A stretch of 37,074 bases of DNA, from the IMG/VR virus record IMGVR_UViG_3300043449_001791, positions 1-37,074 of that record. One strand, 5' to 3'. The stretch is from a virus. Taxonomy: Duplodnaviria > Caudoviricetes. Of the stretch, positions 25,061 through 34,550 are shown one piece after another. Made by a program: the position numbers and the translations under genes. The first letter of the stretch is position 1. Every line of letters starts with the position of its first letter. Below the pieces are notes generated by a model. It saw nothing but the letters and a program-made list of their open reading frames with translations, ran no database searches and was not told the DNA's origin.

Positions 25061-25528
25061 ATGCCACGTTATTTATTCGCGGAAACCAACCCAGTATCGG
25101 CCCCAGTGCAGACAGCAACCGCTGTTAGCGTGGGCGATATCCTAGGCTACACCGGCGGCTATGTTTACCTTGCCAGTGCGGAAACCTGGGACACCAACCT
25201 TGCCACGACTCAAACTAATTTTGCGACCAAGTTTCTTGGCCTTTCCGGCCAGAAAAAACTAAGCACTGAGGCCAGGGTACACGGCAACAGCACCGACAAC
25301 ATCATCCGGGTCGATTGCAGCGGCGTCTACGAGTTTGACGCATCAAGCGCAAGCTATGTGATCGGCGATTTTGTCGGGCCCGCAAAGGACAGCGGCAACG
25401 CCCTGTTAGCCGGCACCGTCGCCAAGGTTTCCGGCGTGGCGCTTGCCATCGGCCGGGTCATCGAAAACACCACCGGCACCAAGGTCAAGGTGCAATTGTT
25501 GTCCACACTTAACCCCGTAAGCAAGTAA
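25061..25528 (+). CDS. Head decoration / capsid cement protein
   Basis: Position before MCP; VSVGD...FLG...GVYEF...GDFVG...AIGRV pattern. Confidence 0.7.
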   Translation: MPRYLFAETNPVSAPVQTATAVSVGDILGYTGGYVYLASAETWDTNLATTQTNFATKFLGLSGQKKLSTEARVHGNSTDNIIRVDCSGVYEFDASSASYVIGDFVGPAKDSGNALLAGTVAKVSGVALAIGRVIENTTGTKVKVQLLSTLNPVSK

Positions 25529-25559
25529 CACCAGAACACCAACGAAAGGACTGTAGACC

Positions 25560-26729
25560 ATGTTAGGAAATAAACTTAAGAAATTGACCGAATCGTACGG
25601 AATAGCCAAGACTTCCAAGTTTCTTGGCGACGCGATTCGGGAGAAGAAAATCAGCAAGCATTCCATCAGCATTCGCCAATTGGCTGAAAGCTTCATGGGA
25701 TACAACTGGGCCGAAAACCTTTACCGTTTCAACAGCGGCGTAAGGGTTCAGGAAGCCAGCGAAGGCGTTGACGCATCCAGCTTTACCGCCATCACCGGGC
25801 AGCTTTTAGTGAACGAAATTAAAGATAAGTTTGACTTGGCCAAACTTATTGGCGACGACGTTTGCGAAACCGTCCCAGTGACCAACGGCAACCTCAAAGA
25901 GCAAAAGGTGCCATGGCTTTCCAACGTGATCGACTCCGTGGAAAAGGTCGAGGAAGGAATGCCTTACCCGCACACCACCTTCTCACCCAACTACATTGAG
26001 TATCCAGCCATCGAGAAGATCGGCAAAATTTGCGCCGTGACGATGGAAGCGATCTATTCTGACCTTACCGGCCAGATCCTTGATAGCGCCGGCAGCGTCG
26101 GCACCTATTGCGGATTGGCACGTGAGGAAAGAATCCTCAAAGTAGTTTTGGGCTTGACCAACAATCACAAGTGGAACGGTTCAAGCTACAACACCTATCT
26201 AAGCTCAGGCGCTTGGGTGAACACCGTTGGCAATTTTGTTTTAAAAGACTGGACTAGCGTTAACACGCTGGAACAGCTTTTCACTAACATGCTTGATCCC
26301 AACACCGGGAAGAACATCCTGATCGAGCCCAAGCAAATGCTGGTTATGCCAAGCAACAAATATCGTGCGATCCGGGCATTTAGCGCCACCAGCACCCGCA
26401 GCGGCGACTTTGCCACCAGCGGCAACCCTGATCAGATCGAAGCGCCAAACCCACTGGACAAGGATTACCAAATCTTGACCAGCCCCCACGCCCGCCGACT
26501 CTTGACCGAATCCGGCGTCAGCGCATCTATAGCCGACAGCTATGTATTCCTGGGAGACTTCAAAAAATCGTTTATCTGGAGAGAGGCAAAACCGCTCACC
26601 GTGGTTGAAGCGCCCGCTCAGAACCCCAGAGAATTTGAGCAGGACATTGCGCTCGCCGTCAAAGCCTCTTTGATGGGCGTTGCATGCGTCCGTGATCCCC
26701 GTTATGTGGTCTTTGGGGTCAATGACTAA
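25560..26729 (+). CDS. Major capsid protein
   Basis: 389 aa; VEEGMPYP...KIGKICAVTMEAIYSDLTGQI...FLGDFKK...DPRY; position in the head module. Confidence 0.9.
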   Translation: MLGNKLKKLTESYGIAKTSKFLGDAIREKKISKHSISIRQLAESFMGYNWAENLYRFNSGVRVQEASEGVDASSFTAITGQLLVNEIKDKFDLAKLIGDDVCETVPVTNGNLKEQKVPWLSNVIDSVEKVEEGMPYPHTTFSPNYIEYPAIEKIGKICAVTMEAIYSDLTGQILDSAGSVGTYCGLAREERILKVVLGLTNNHKWNGSSYNTYLSSGAWVNTVGNFVLKDWTSVNTLEQLFTNMLDPNTGKNILIEPKQMLVMPSNKYRAIRAFSATSTRSGDFATSGNPDQIEAPNPLDKDYQILTSPHARRLLTESGVSASIADSYVFLGDFKKSFIWREAKPLTVVEAPAQNPREFEQDIALAVKASLMGVACVRDPRYVVFGVND

Positions 26730-26953
26730 TGGCTAAAAAAACGACTCAGTCTGCCCCTGCCAGCGTGCCGACACCGGATTCATCCCCCGGCGAGGCACGC
26801 CCTCAGGCGGCCACAAAATACCGTTGTTCTGTCAAGGATAACGCCGAGGCCATCATCGAGGCATCCAGCCCCGATGAAGCCCAAAAAATCTATTTAGCGG
26901 CGTGCGGCATCACCGCCACCGAAAACCCCGTTTCCGTCGTGGCGCAGGTCTAA
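26729..26953 (+). CDS. Small hypothetical head-associated protein
   Basis: 74 aa, TAATG overlap with MCP. Confidence 0.65.
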   Translation: MAKKTTQSAPASVPTPDSSPGEARPQAATKYRCSVKDNAEAIIEASSPDEAQKIYLAACGITATENPVSVVAQV

Positions 26954-26985
26954 CCGGCGCCCGGCGCTTTTTAGGCAGGCAGGCC

Positions 26986-29900
26986 ATGAAGAAAATCACC
27001 GGCGCCCAGGGCGCTTTTATCGTTCGTATTCTGATGGAATCCATGCAATCTATGAGGGCCGCAGGCAAGCGCCTTTTGGAAGCAGGATTCACGGGAGAAC
27101 GTAAAGACAAATTAGGGCACACCCGTTACTATCGAGACGGCAGGCAGGTTAAGAACCCCAACGCTCAGGAAAAGGCGAGTATCAAGGCCGCCGCCGGCCA
27201 GCCCCTTCCCGCAGGTCAAGCACCATCGCACAACGACGCCGCCACCCGAGTCAACGCATTAGCGCCCGACACGCCCCCGCAACAAGTTAAGGCGCTGGCC
27301 AATGATCTGATGCAGATGGACACCAAAGACTTAGAGAAGATGGCGCAGGATGAGCCACAAAAAAGAACATCCTATGCGGGCGAAAATGGGGATGTCATTC
27401 AAACGCCCGGCGGTTACATAGACATTCAGTTTCAAAAAAACTCAACATCTCCACGAAAACAAAGCGTGATTGGATTTGTCGTGGATGAGGACAAACGAGG
27501 TCAGGGTATTGGCGATAAGCTCTTAAAACAAGCAAAGCAAAAGTATCCAGATTTAGGCGGTCAAGTTTCTTCAAAAGCCAGCTTAAAAGTTTTTTATAAC
27601 AACGGTTTCAGATCGCCAGATATGCCAGAAGCGTCGTTTGCAGAAACGCTACAACATTGGCAAAATGAAGGCGGCAGTCTTTTCATGGCGGCAAACGATG
27701 AAAACGGAAAGCCTTACGCAACCGGAAACGAGCCAAAGCAATCAACAGCATCAACAAGCTCAACATCAGAATTATCACCCGAACAAATAGAGAATTACAA
27801 AAATCTTATAGCCAGCATTGAAAAACAATTAGACCCAACAAAAACAGATTTGTCACGTTATAGTCAAGAAAAAATCAATGGTGTGATTAGCAAGCTTAAC
27901 GACTACCGTGCAAAAATTGGTTTACCACCGTATCAAACCAACAATAAAGCCGAAGAAACACCACCAGCACCAGCGGCCCCGACAAATACGCCTAAAGAAG
28001 AAACATTAAAAAAACATAAAGACGCTTATAAATTTGCAATAGATGCTGAAGACAACGCTGAAAGCATCAACGAAAAGCTCAAAGCCAGAGATAAAGTAAC
28101 CAATGCTATACAAGCATTTGCTGATGCCGCTGGCATGGAATTTTTTGACGCTTACGACCTTTTGGAAAAGGAAAACGATGAAGCCGGGCTTACTCCGGGC
28201 CTAGCGTCAAAATCAATAAAAACAAAAAATAACAATAGCATACTAGAAAAACATAAATCTGATTATAAAGCGGCTACAGATTTTATGGATGCCGCCGATA
28301 CAATTGATGGCAAAAAAGAAGGCGGCAAAAAACAAACCGACATTATTCACAGTTTGGCTAAAGAACTAGGAATTGATTTTTTTGATGCCTACGACTTACT
28401 CGAAAAAGAAAATGACGAAGCGGGCCTGACACCAGGATACATGCCTCAAAAAAAAAATTTAACGAATAAACCTTTTACTCAAGGCCAACCCGGCTTTACC
28501 GGCACCGACTCACAGGGCCGCCAATGGCAAGACGGCAAGCTAGTCGCCGCCAAAGATGAACTCACCGGCACGGCATCACCCGCCGCCGGCATGAATCCCG
28601 AAGCCCTGGCTTTAGACGCCCTTCGCCTAAAACAAAACCGCAAGCCGCACAACGCCAGCCACATCACCCCGGACGCCGTCGCCGGACTTAAGGCCAAGGG
28701 CCTGATAGACGATGCCAATAAAATCACCGACAAGGGCAGGGAACAACTTTACGCCGCCAAAAATAAAACACTACGCAAGGCGACCGGGCCTAAGGCCACA
28801 GCACCAGCCGCAGCGCCAGCCGCCCCGACTAATCTGGGGGCCGATGCGGACGCCCTAGAAGCCCTTCGCCTTAAATCCAACCGCAAGCAACACATTGCCG
28901 GCCACATCACACCCGAGGCCATTGCAAGCCTTAAAAGGCAGGGATTTATCGACGATAATAACAAATTGACCATGATGGGCAGGGCACATCTTGCCGCGCA
29001 AAAGGGCAGTAAAATACCATCACAACCGGAAGCGTCCAAAGCCAAACGGGCCAGTCGCAATAAGGACAGTCTAATCAGCATTGTGCGACGCAAAGGCGGC
29101 ATTAATTCCGACAGCGTCAAGGCCGGGTATGACTACAAGAATGATATAATTGAAGGCGGCCTATTGCACGCCATTCGCAAGCAGGGCATGGGCCTTGATG
29201 AAATGGCGCAAACGCTGATGGTGGAAGGGCATATCATTGTGCCCGAAGGCGTTGACCCCGGCGAACATTTGTTGAATGAAATGAAAGCCCGTCACAATTC
29301 CGCCTTGAAAGATACGACTAAGGAGATAGACTTAGAGCAAGAAGCGTACTACAAAGCCAAACAGGCAGCACTAGAAGGAGGCCACGATGAGCGATCTATT
29401 GAAGGCAGTGGAAGAAGCGGCGTACAGGTTGGCGAAAGCGCAGGCCAAGAAGAAGGTTATCGAGCGCTCGATGAATGGGATAATAGCGGAGCAGGAACGC
29501 AGAGCGGCGGCGAAACAAGCGCAGCAGTCAGCGGCGACGGGTACGACAGCAGCGCCAGCGACGACTACGACCGGAACGCAACCACCGGCCCAGTAGATAC
29601 CAGCTTTGACTTTGGATTCAATGTTAAGCCCAAAGACGAAACCCCGGCAGAACCAACGCCCGAGCCAGCGCCAACCGCATCAGAACCCGAGCCCGCCCAA
29701 GCTCAAGCACCCACTCCAACACCCGCAGCGCCCACCGCAACATCTCCCGCAGAACAAACTTCCGATGAACTTTTAAAGCGCCATCTTCAACGCCAAGGCT
29801 TCACCGGCATCGACGCTCAAGGCCGGGAATGGCGTAACGGGGAACTGGTGGCAGCGCAACCAGAAGAACCAAAACAAAAACGAGCGGCAAAGGGCGGCGA

Positions 29901-32900
29901 AATAGGCCCCAACGGTGAGCATTACAAAGGCGGCGCATTCATTGCCACAACTGAATTGCCCAAGAGATTAAAAGACAAAATAAAACAGGCCGCAGGCAAT
30001 GGCAAAGAAAAGGTTATGGACATTAAAACGGGAAGATGGGAATTTGAAACACCGCCCAACCCCGGATTAATGTCAATTTTTAGTCGCCTACCAATGGGTA
30101 TATATATTGACCCAAAAGGAAATTTATTTGAGCCGGGTTTGCATTATCCTGAAGTAGTTAGTAAAGAAAAACGACGAGAAATTACGGAATTAGCAGAAAA
30201 ATACAGAGCAGGCGAAAAGTGGGTGCCCATCAATGATTATCCAATAATGGCTAAAAAAAAACATATTTATCAATTAGCCGCCGCCGGCCTACCTATATCT
30301 GGAGCGCTTTTGGATAAAGTAAAAGATGACCTTGATTTTCAAAAATACTATGAACTTCAAAAATCTAAAAACGACAAGCCAGCAGAAGCCCCAGCACTAA
30401 CACCCGCAGGCAACACCGACCTTTTCGGCAACCCTACCAAGCCCACGCCCAAGGGCCCTGAGACCATGCCCGGCCTGTTTGGGGATCAGGTGCCCGTCGC
30501 ACCCGACGCACCCACACCCACCGCCGGCGAGCCATTGCCAGGCAGCGACAACCCACTAGACCGCCCTGGCGCAGGCAGGGGCAAACAAGATGGCACCCAG
30601 GATATGTTTGGGCTGTTTGGGCCTAGCAACAAGGCCAAGGTCGATGCAATCAACAACGGGCCCGACCCCGTCACCGAGCCCAGCACACCGGCGGCGGCAG
30701 CGGATCAGGATCAGCCCAACGACACACCACGCACCAAGGCCGCAAGGGTATCGGCGGCACTAGCAGGAGACTTTGAAAACGCCCGAGATAGCGCCGTTCC
30801 TAACATGGGCGTTGACCTTAAGGGCAGCGCCCGCCATAGGGCCATGGCATGGAAAGGACTTAAGGACGCAGAAGCCAACGGCACCGCAGAAGCACTGGTA
30901 AGACGGGACGAACTTTTAAAGCATGAGCCCAGCAATTTATTTACAATCCTAAAGCCGGAAACATCGTTAAGCGTTTTGACCAGTCACTTAGCCATGCAGG
31001 CATTTCCTAAGGAAGTGCATCAGTATGAAAAATATGTAAGGTCAACCAAAGACCAAGTCAGCACCCCGGCCCAATTGCGGGCGCAGTATTACGAGGCTTT
31101 CACAGAAATAAAAAAACTCAGCGAGGATTTAGCGACGCAGGGCAAAACGCCCAAGGAAATAACAGCCGCATTAAAAACAAAAGTGAGCGACTTGATAGAC
31201 AAATTCAGGAAGAAAGGCCAAGGCGAGCAGGCAAGCTATTATTTAACCAAAGGACAACCCCATTATCTAGACGGCGACCGTTACAACCCGGTTGCTAACA
31301 GCTTGGCCGACATGTATAACCGACTGGCAAACACCGGGTCAACCAGCGTCATGGGCAGAGTCAACGACTTTGGAAAACGATTGCAGGCGGCCAATGGAAA
31401 CGCGCCGCCAACCCTAGAGACTTTGCACACCGCAACAAAGGCCATCGGAGATATTCTTGAGGGCAAAAGCTTTAATCAAGCATTTGACACGGTGCAAAAA
31501 AAAGGCGCTGGATTTGATTATAGTGCCGCCTACGGCGACGAGATAATCAGAAAAGGTGGAAAAAAGATTAACATGGAAGAACAATCCAAAGATCGGCCCG
31601 GCAGCAAGGTGTTCATGGATGACATGAAGGTAAGGGGCGTTCAGTTTGGAAATAGCCTGCCCGACCAGGAACGAATTTACCACGCCGAAAAATCAGCGGA
31701 AGCCCTAAGCGACCTTACCGACATTCTTGGACTACCCATGGAAGCCGCCGGCCTTGGTGGCAAATTGGGGCTTGCCATTGGCGCCCGAGGAAGGGCAGGG
31801 GCCAAGGCGCATTTTGAACCTTGGCAGGCTGATGACAAGGCCAATCCTAGCAAGGGCGGCCCCGTGATTAACTTGACCCGTGCCAGCGGCGCCGGCAGCC
31901 TTGCCCATGAATGGGGTCATGGCTTAGATCATTTTGCGGCAGGAAACGAACCGGGAGAAACAAAATTTTTAAGCGAAGGCAGAGGAACACCTAAAACCGT
32001 TGAAGCCATGAGAAAAGTGCAAGAAGCCATGGACAGCAGCGGATTTTCGCAAAGACTAAAAATAGCATTGCGCGGTGAATTGCAAAGCAAATACTGGTAC
32101 AGTGATACAGAAAAATTTGCCCGCACTTTTGAGCGCCATGTCCAAAATAAATTGCGAAATGCAGACAGGGAAAACACTTATTTAACAGGGCTTAAGCACT
32201 CAGTACACCCTTACTGGCCCAACAACGACGAAATGGCGCACATAGCGCCGCATATGGACGCCCTTATTGCAGCTATTGCCGCCGAAAAATTCCCAAACCA
32301 CAAAATGCCCGCCCCAGCACCCGCAACGCCAAAGGCAGCAGCCCCAGCGCCAGCACCGGCGGCGGCGTCAAAGGAAGAAAAACCAAAATTTGCAATGGAC
32401 GCATGGAAACAAAGAGGCAGCAACAAAAAAGAAACCCCATATCAATCATTTGAAGCTATTCACGGCAGGCCCCCAACTTTTCAAGAGCTACATGGCGAAC
32501 CCGGAGGGCTCTTAGAAAAGCAGAAAAACAAAACCATGCAAACAACGCCAACCCAACCAAATGATCAATGGGTTGACGTTACCCCAGCAGGCTACGGGCC
32601 CAGCGATGACACACCACCGCCGGCGGCGACGGCGTCTAAAGACTCAGAATCACCAATAACAGCATCGGCACCCGTTAAATCATGGGCGCAAAAGAAATTT
32701 AAAAATCCTGAACACGCTCAAAACTTTGCAAAATGGTTTGGAGATTCAAAAGTTGTTAATGACCAAGGTGAACCCCTTGTTCTTTATCACGGCGCTGGAA
32801 AATCCTTCGATGCTTTTGACAAAGACCAGATAGGAACAGGAACCGACGTCGGCAGAGCAGGGGCCGGTTTTTATTTTACTTCTGACACAAACATAGGTTC

Positions 32901-33417
32901 TTCATATGCCTCAATGTCTTCAGGAAAAGCGCAAATTTATCCCGTTTATTTGCAAATTAAAAACCCTCTTGTTTTATCTAAAAAAGAAGGTGAATCAATT
33001 AATGACGCAGTAAAAAGAGTAGCAAAATCAATCGGAGTTGAAACAGACCCAAGATTTGATGGGAATAAACCAACTAACAAAGAATATGCACAAGAATTTA
33101 GACGCCAAGCCATTAAAGCGGGTTACGACGGAACTATAACAAATTTTGACAACGGGTCATTTGAAGCAAATGTTTTTGAGCCCAATCAAATTAAATCAGC
33201 GCTTGGCAATCAAGGAACTTTTGATCCCAACAGCCCAAAAATCACTGAAAGCACCGACCCCCACGCCGAAAAAATCAAGCTGGTGCAGGCAATCATCGCC
33301 CGACGTGGCATTAAGCCGCCGCAGCCCAAAGCGCAAGCAAAAAAAACCCCCGAGGCCAGCGGCGACGCCGACCCCAGGGTGAAAAGAATTAGGGAGCTTA
33401 TGGACGCCTATTGCTAG
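26986..33417 (+). CDS. Large polyvalent protein (GNAT, internal repeats, LPD1 zincin-like domain, ART-PolyVal-like domain)
   Basis: VDEDKRGQGIG...FYNNGF (GNAT); RGVQFGN...LAIGARG...SLAHEWGHGLDH...EKFARTFE (LPD1); FAKWFGDSKVV...LYHG...GFYFT...GYDG...VFEPNQIKSA (ART). Confidence 0.85.
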   Translation: MKKITGAQGAFIVRILMESMQSMRAAGKRLLEAGFTGERKDKLGHTRYYRDGRQVKNPNAQEKASIKAAAGQPLPAGQAPSHNDAATRVNALAPDTPPQQVKALANDLMQMDTKDLEKMAQDEPQKRTSYAGENGDVIQTPGGYIDIQFQKNSTSPRKQSVIGFVVDEDKRGQGIGDKLLKQAKQKYPDLGGQVSSKASLKVFYNNGFRSPDMPEASFAETLQHWQNEGGSLFMAANDENGKPYATGNEPKQSTASTSSTSELSPEQIENYKNLIASIEKQLDPTKTDLSRYSQEKINGVISKLNDYRAKIGLPPYQTNNKAEETPPAPAAPTNTPKEETLKKHKDAYKFAIDAEDNAESINEKLKARDKVTNAIQAFADAAGMEFFDAYDLLEKENDEAGLTPGLASKSIKTKNNNSILEKHKSDYKAATDFMDAADTIDGKKEGGKKQTDIIHSLAKELGIDFFDAYDLLEKENDEAGLTPGYMPQKKNLTNKPFTQGQPGFTGTDSQGRQWQDGKLVAAKDELTGTASPAAGMNPEALALDALRLKQNRKPHNASHITPDAVAGLKAKGLIDDANKITDKGREQLYAAKNKTLRKATGPKATAPAAAPAAPTNLGADADALEALRLKSNRKQHIAGHITPEAIASLKRQGFIDDNNKLTMMGRAHLAAQKGSKIPSQPEASKAKRASRNKDSLISIVRRKGGINSDSVKAGYDYKNDIIEGGLLHAIRKQGMGLDEMAQTLMVEGHIIVPEGVDPGEHLLNEMKARHNSALKDTTKEIDLEQEAYYKAKQAALEGGHDERSIEGSGRSGVQVGESAGQEEGYRALDEWDNSGAGTQSGGETSAAVSGDGYDSSASDDYDRNATTGPVDTSFDFGFNVKPKDETPAEPTPEPAPTASEPEPAQAQAPTPTPAAPTATSPAEQTSDELLKRHLQRQGFTGIDAQGREWRNGELVAAQPEEPKQKRAAKGGEIGPNGEHYKGGAFIATTELPKRLKDKIKQAAGNGKEKVMDIKTGRWEFETPPNPGLMSIFSRLPMGIYIDPKGNLFEPGLHYPEVVSKEKRREITELAEKYRAGEKWVPINDYPIMAKKKHIYQLAAAGLPISGALLDKVKDDLDFQKYYELQKSKNDKPAEAPALTPAGNTDLFGNPTKPTPKGPETMPGLFGDQVPVAPDAPTPTAGEPLPGSDNPLDRPGAGRGKQDGTQDMFGLFGPSNKAKVDAINNGPDPVTEPSTPAAAADQDQPNDTPRTKAARVSAALAGDFENARDSAVPNMGVDLKGSARHRAMAWKGLKDAEANGTAEALVRRDELLKHEPSNLFTILKPETSLSVLTSHLAMQAFPKEVHQYEKYVRSTKDQVSTPAQLRAQYYEAFTEIKKLSEDLATQGKTPKEITAALKTKVSDLIDKFRKKGQGEQASYYLTKGQPHYLDGDRYNPVANSLADMYNRLANTGSTSVMGRVNDFGKRLQAANGNAPPTLETLHTATKAIGDILEGKSFNQAFDTVQKKGAGFDYSAAYGDEIIRKGGKKINMEEQSKDRPGSKVFMDDMKVRGVQFGNSLPDQERIYHAEKSAEALSDLTDILGLPMEAAGLGGKLGLAIGARGRAGAKAHFEPWQADDKANPSKGGPVINLTRASGAGSLAHEWGHGLDHFAAGNEPGETKFLSEGRGTPKTVEAMRKVQEAMDSSGFSQRLKIALRGELQSKYWYSDTEKFARTFERHVQNKLRNADRENTYLTGLKHSVHPYWPNNDEMAHIAPHMDALIAAIAAEKFPNHKMPAPAPATPKAAAPAPAPAAASKEEKPKFAMDAWKQRGSNKKETPYQSFEAIHGRPPTFQELHGEPGGLLEKQKNKTMQTTPTQPNDQWVDVTPAGYGPSDDTPPPAATASKDSESPITASAPVKSWAQKKFKNPEHAQNFAKWFGDSKVVNDQGEPLVLYHGAGKSFDAFDKDQIGTGTDVGRAGAGFYFTSDTNIGSSYASMSSGKAQIYPVYLQIKNPLVLSKKEGESINDAVKRVAKSIGVETDPRFDGNKPTNKEYAQEFRRQAIKAGYDGTITNFDNGSFEANVFEPNQIKSALGNQGTFDPNSPKITESTDPHAEKIKLVQAIIARRGIKPPQPKAQAKKTPEASGDADPRVKRIRELMDAYC
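29387..29596 (+). CDS. Candidate nested small gene in another frame of the polyvalent gene
   Basis: AAGGAGG at 29375-29381, ATG at 29387; 69-aa amphipathic helical product. Confidence 0.45.
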   Translation: MSDLLKAVEEAAYRLAKAQAKKKVIERSMNGIIAEQERRAAAKQAQQSAATGTTAAPATTTTGTQPPAQ

Positions 33418-33418
33418 G

Positions 33419-33634
33419 CTACTTTTCCCCCCTCTTACGGGCCGCGATATTGCTGGAAACTATCTCATGAGCGACGTTAATCGCAAACCGCATTGCGTTG
33501 GCCGTCGTGGCAGCAACCTCGACCGGCCCGCCCGACCAATCGCAATTAACCCGAATAAATTCCAACTTTTCGACGTCGTTATCCGTCAGGCGAAACGTCT
33601 TGCGGGGCGTCGCCCCTTTAGGTTTAGGCTTCAT
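33419..33634 (-). CDS. Small ribbon-helix-helix-like DNA-binding protein
   Basis: PRKTFRLTDNDVEKLEFIR...TANAMRFAI. Confidence 0.6.
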   Translation of the reverse strand: MKPKPKGATPRKTFRLTDNDVEKLEFIRVNCDWSGGPVEVAATTANAMRFAINVAHEIVSSNIAARKRGEK

Positions 33635-33887
33635 TACTCATTCTCCTTTGAATTTTTTTCAAAAGCTTCACAGAACAAAAAACATGGCCAGCAAAATTCC
33701 AACCGCCGCACAGTATATCGGTTATCTTTCCCTTGCTGGTGCATTCAATAAATAATGTATTGCCATCTTCCAGCAATACATTTTCTTCCGCCTCATCATC
33801 ATATTTCATTGCAAACTCTCGGGCGGATTGTACCGCCGCAAGAATCGCCTCTGCTTCAGTCGCATAAGTTTGTAACTCGTAGATCAT
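33624..33887 (-). CDS. Hypothetical protein (moron)
   Basis: AAGGAG RBS; 87 aa, acidic. Confidence 0.65.
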   Translation of the reverse strand: MIYELQTYATEAEAILAAVQSAREFAMKYDDEAEENVLLEDGNTLFIECTSKGKITDILCGGWNFAGHVFCSVKLLKKIQRRMSNEA

Positions 33888-33901
33888 TTAATAGACTCCT
33901 T

Positions 33902-33939
33902 AAAAAAGTTAAAAACGGGCCCGAGAACACCCCGAGCCC
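33902..33939 (-). terminator. Intrinsic terminator inside the reverse-strand operon
   Basis: Minus strand GGGCTCGGG-GTGTT-CTCGGGCCC followed by GTTTTTAACTTTTTT. Confidence 0.7.
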
Positions 33940-33946
33940 TTTGGAA

Positions 33947-34195
33947 TTACGCCTTCACCATGCGACAATTAGGATCACGCAAAAAGCCTTCAATTGTGTA
34001 TGGTTCATCTTCTGGATTAGACCAAACAACCTTAGCCGTTGGGTAATTGTAAACCGGGTCCAAACACATTTCCAAAGAAGGGTGTGCAAACCACCAGAGC
34101 TCTTTCCCGCCAGGCAGCATCTTGAACACTACCCACACGTAATTGGCTTTGGTTCCAACCCGTCGCACCTCATACCGTCTTTTTGTCTTAAACAT
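33947..34195 (-). CDS. Hypothetical protein (first moron gene)
   Basis: AAGGAG RBS before ATG 34195; MFKTKRRYEVRRVG..., 82 aa. Confidence 0.65.
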   Translation of the reverse strand: MFKTKRRYEVRRVGTKANYVWVVFKMLPGGKELWWFAHPSLEMCLDPVYNYPTAKVVWSNPEDEPYTIEGFLRDPNCRMVKA

Positions 34196-34238
34196 GATTC
34201 TATCTCCTTGTTTGTGTTTCCGTCTTCTAACTACCCCT

Positions 34239-34273
34239 ATCCTAGCTTGTGTCTGACATATGTCAAGACACAA
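34239..34273 (-). promoter_or_regulatory. Sigma70 promoter overlapped by a palindromic operator
   Basis: Minus strand TTGACA (34266-34261), 16 bp, TAGGAT (34244-34239); near-palindrome TTGTGTC-TGACATATGTCA-A-GACACAA at 34247-34273. Confidence 0.75.
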
Positions 34274-34325
34274 CAGCAAAGATTTTCAAAATAAATTTAG
34301 GTCATTTATAAATAAGGGGAAAAAC

Positions 34326-34550
34326 ATGGCAAAAAGTATTGTAGAACAGCTAGAAGATTTAAAAACCATTCGGGACGGTTATTTGACCGCATTGGTTGCC
34401 GACGCCGCCAACCCGCAACCGTCATATAGCTGGGAAGGCGTGAGCGTTGACCGTATGACATGGCGGGAAAAACTAGCCGCCCAGATCGGCGTGATGAATA
34501 CCATGATGAACCGGGTCAGCCCCACCGAAATACGAGGGCAAATCATCTAA
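34326..34550 (+). CDS. Head-tail adaptor (gpW-like)
   Basis: 74 aa, helix-PSYSWEGVSVDR-helix pattern; first gene of the head-tail block. Confidence 0.65.
   Translation: MAKSIVEQLEDLKTIRDGYLTALVADAANPQPSYSWEGVSVDRMTWREKLAAQIGVMNTMMNRVSPTEIRGQII

Noticed and set aside
26954-26972. Terminator after the capsid genes
   Set aside because: Only a 4-5 bp stem with a 3-nt loop before TTTTT; too weak to call.
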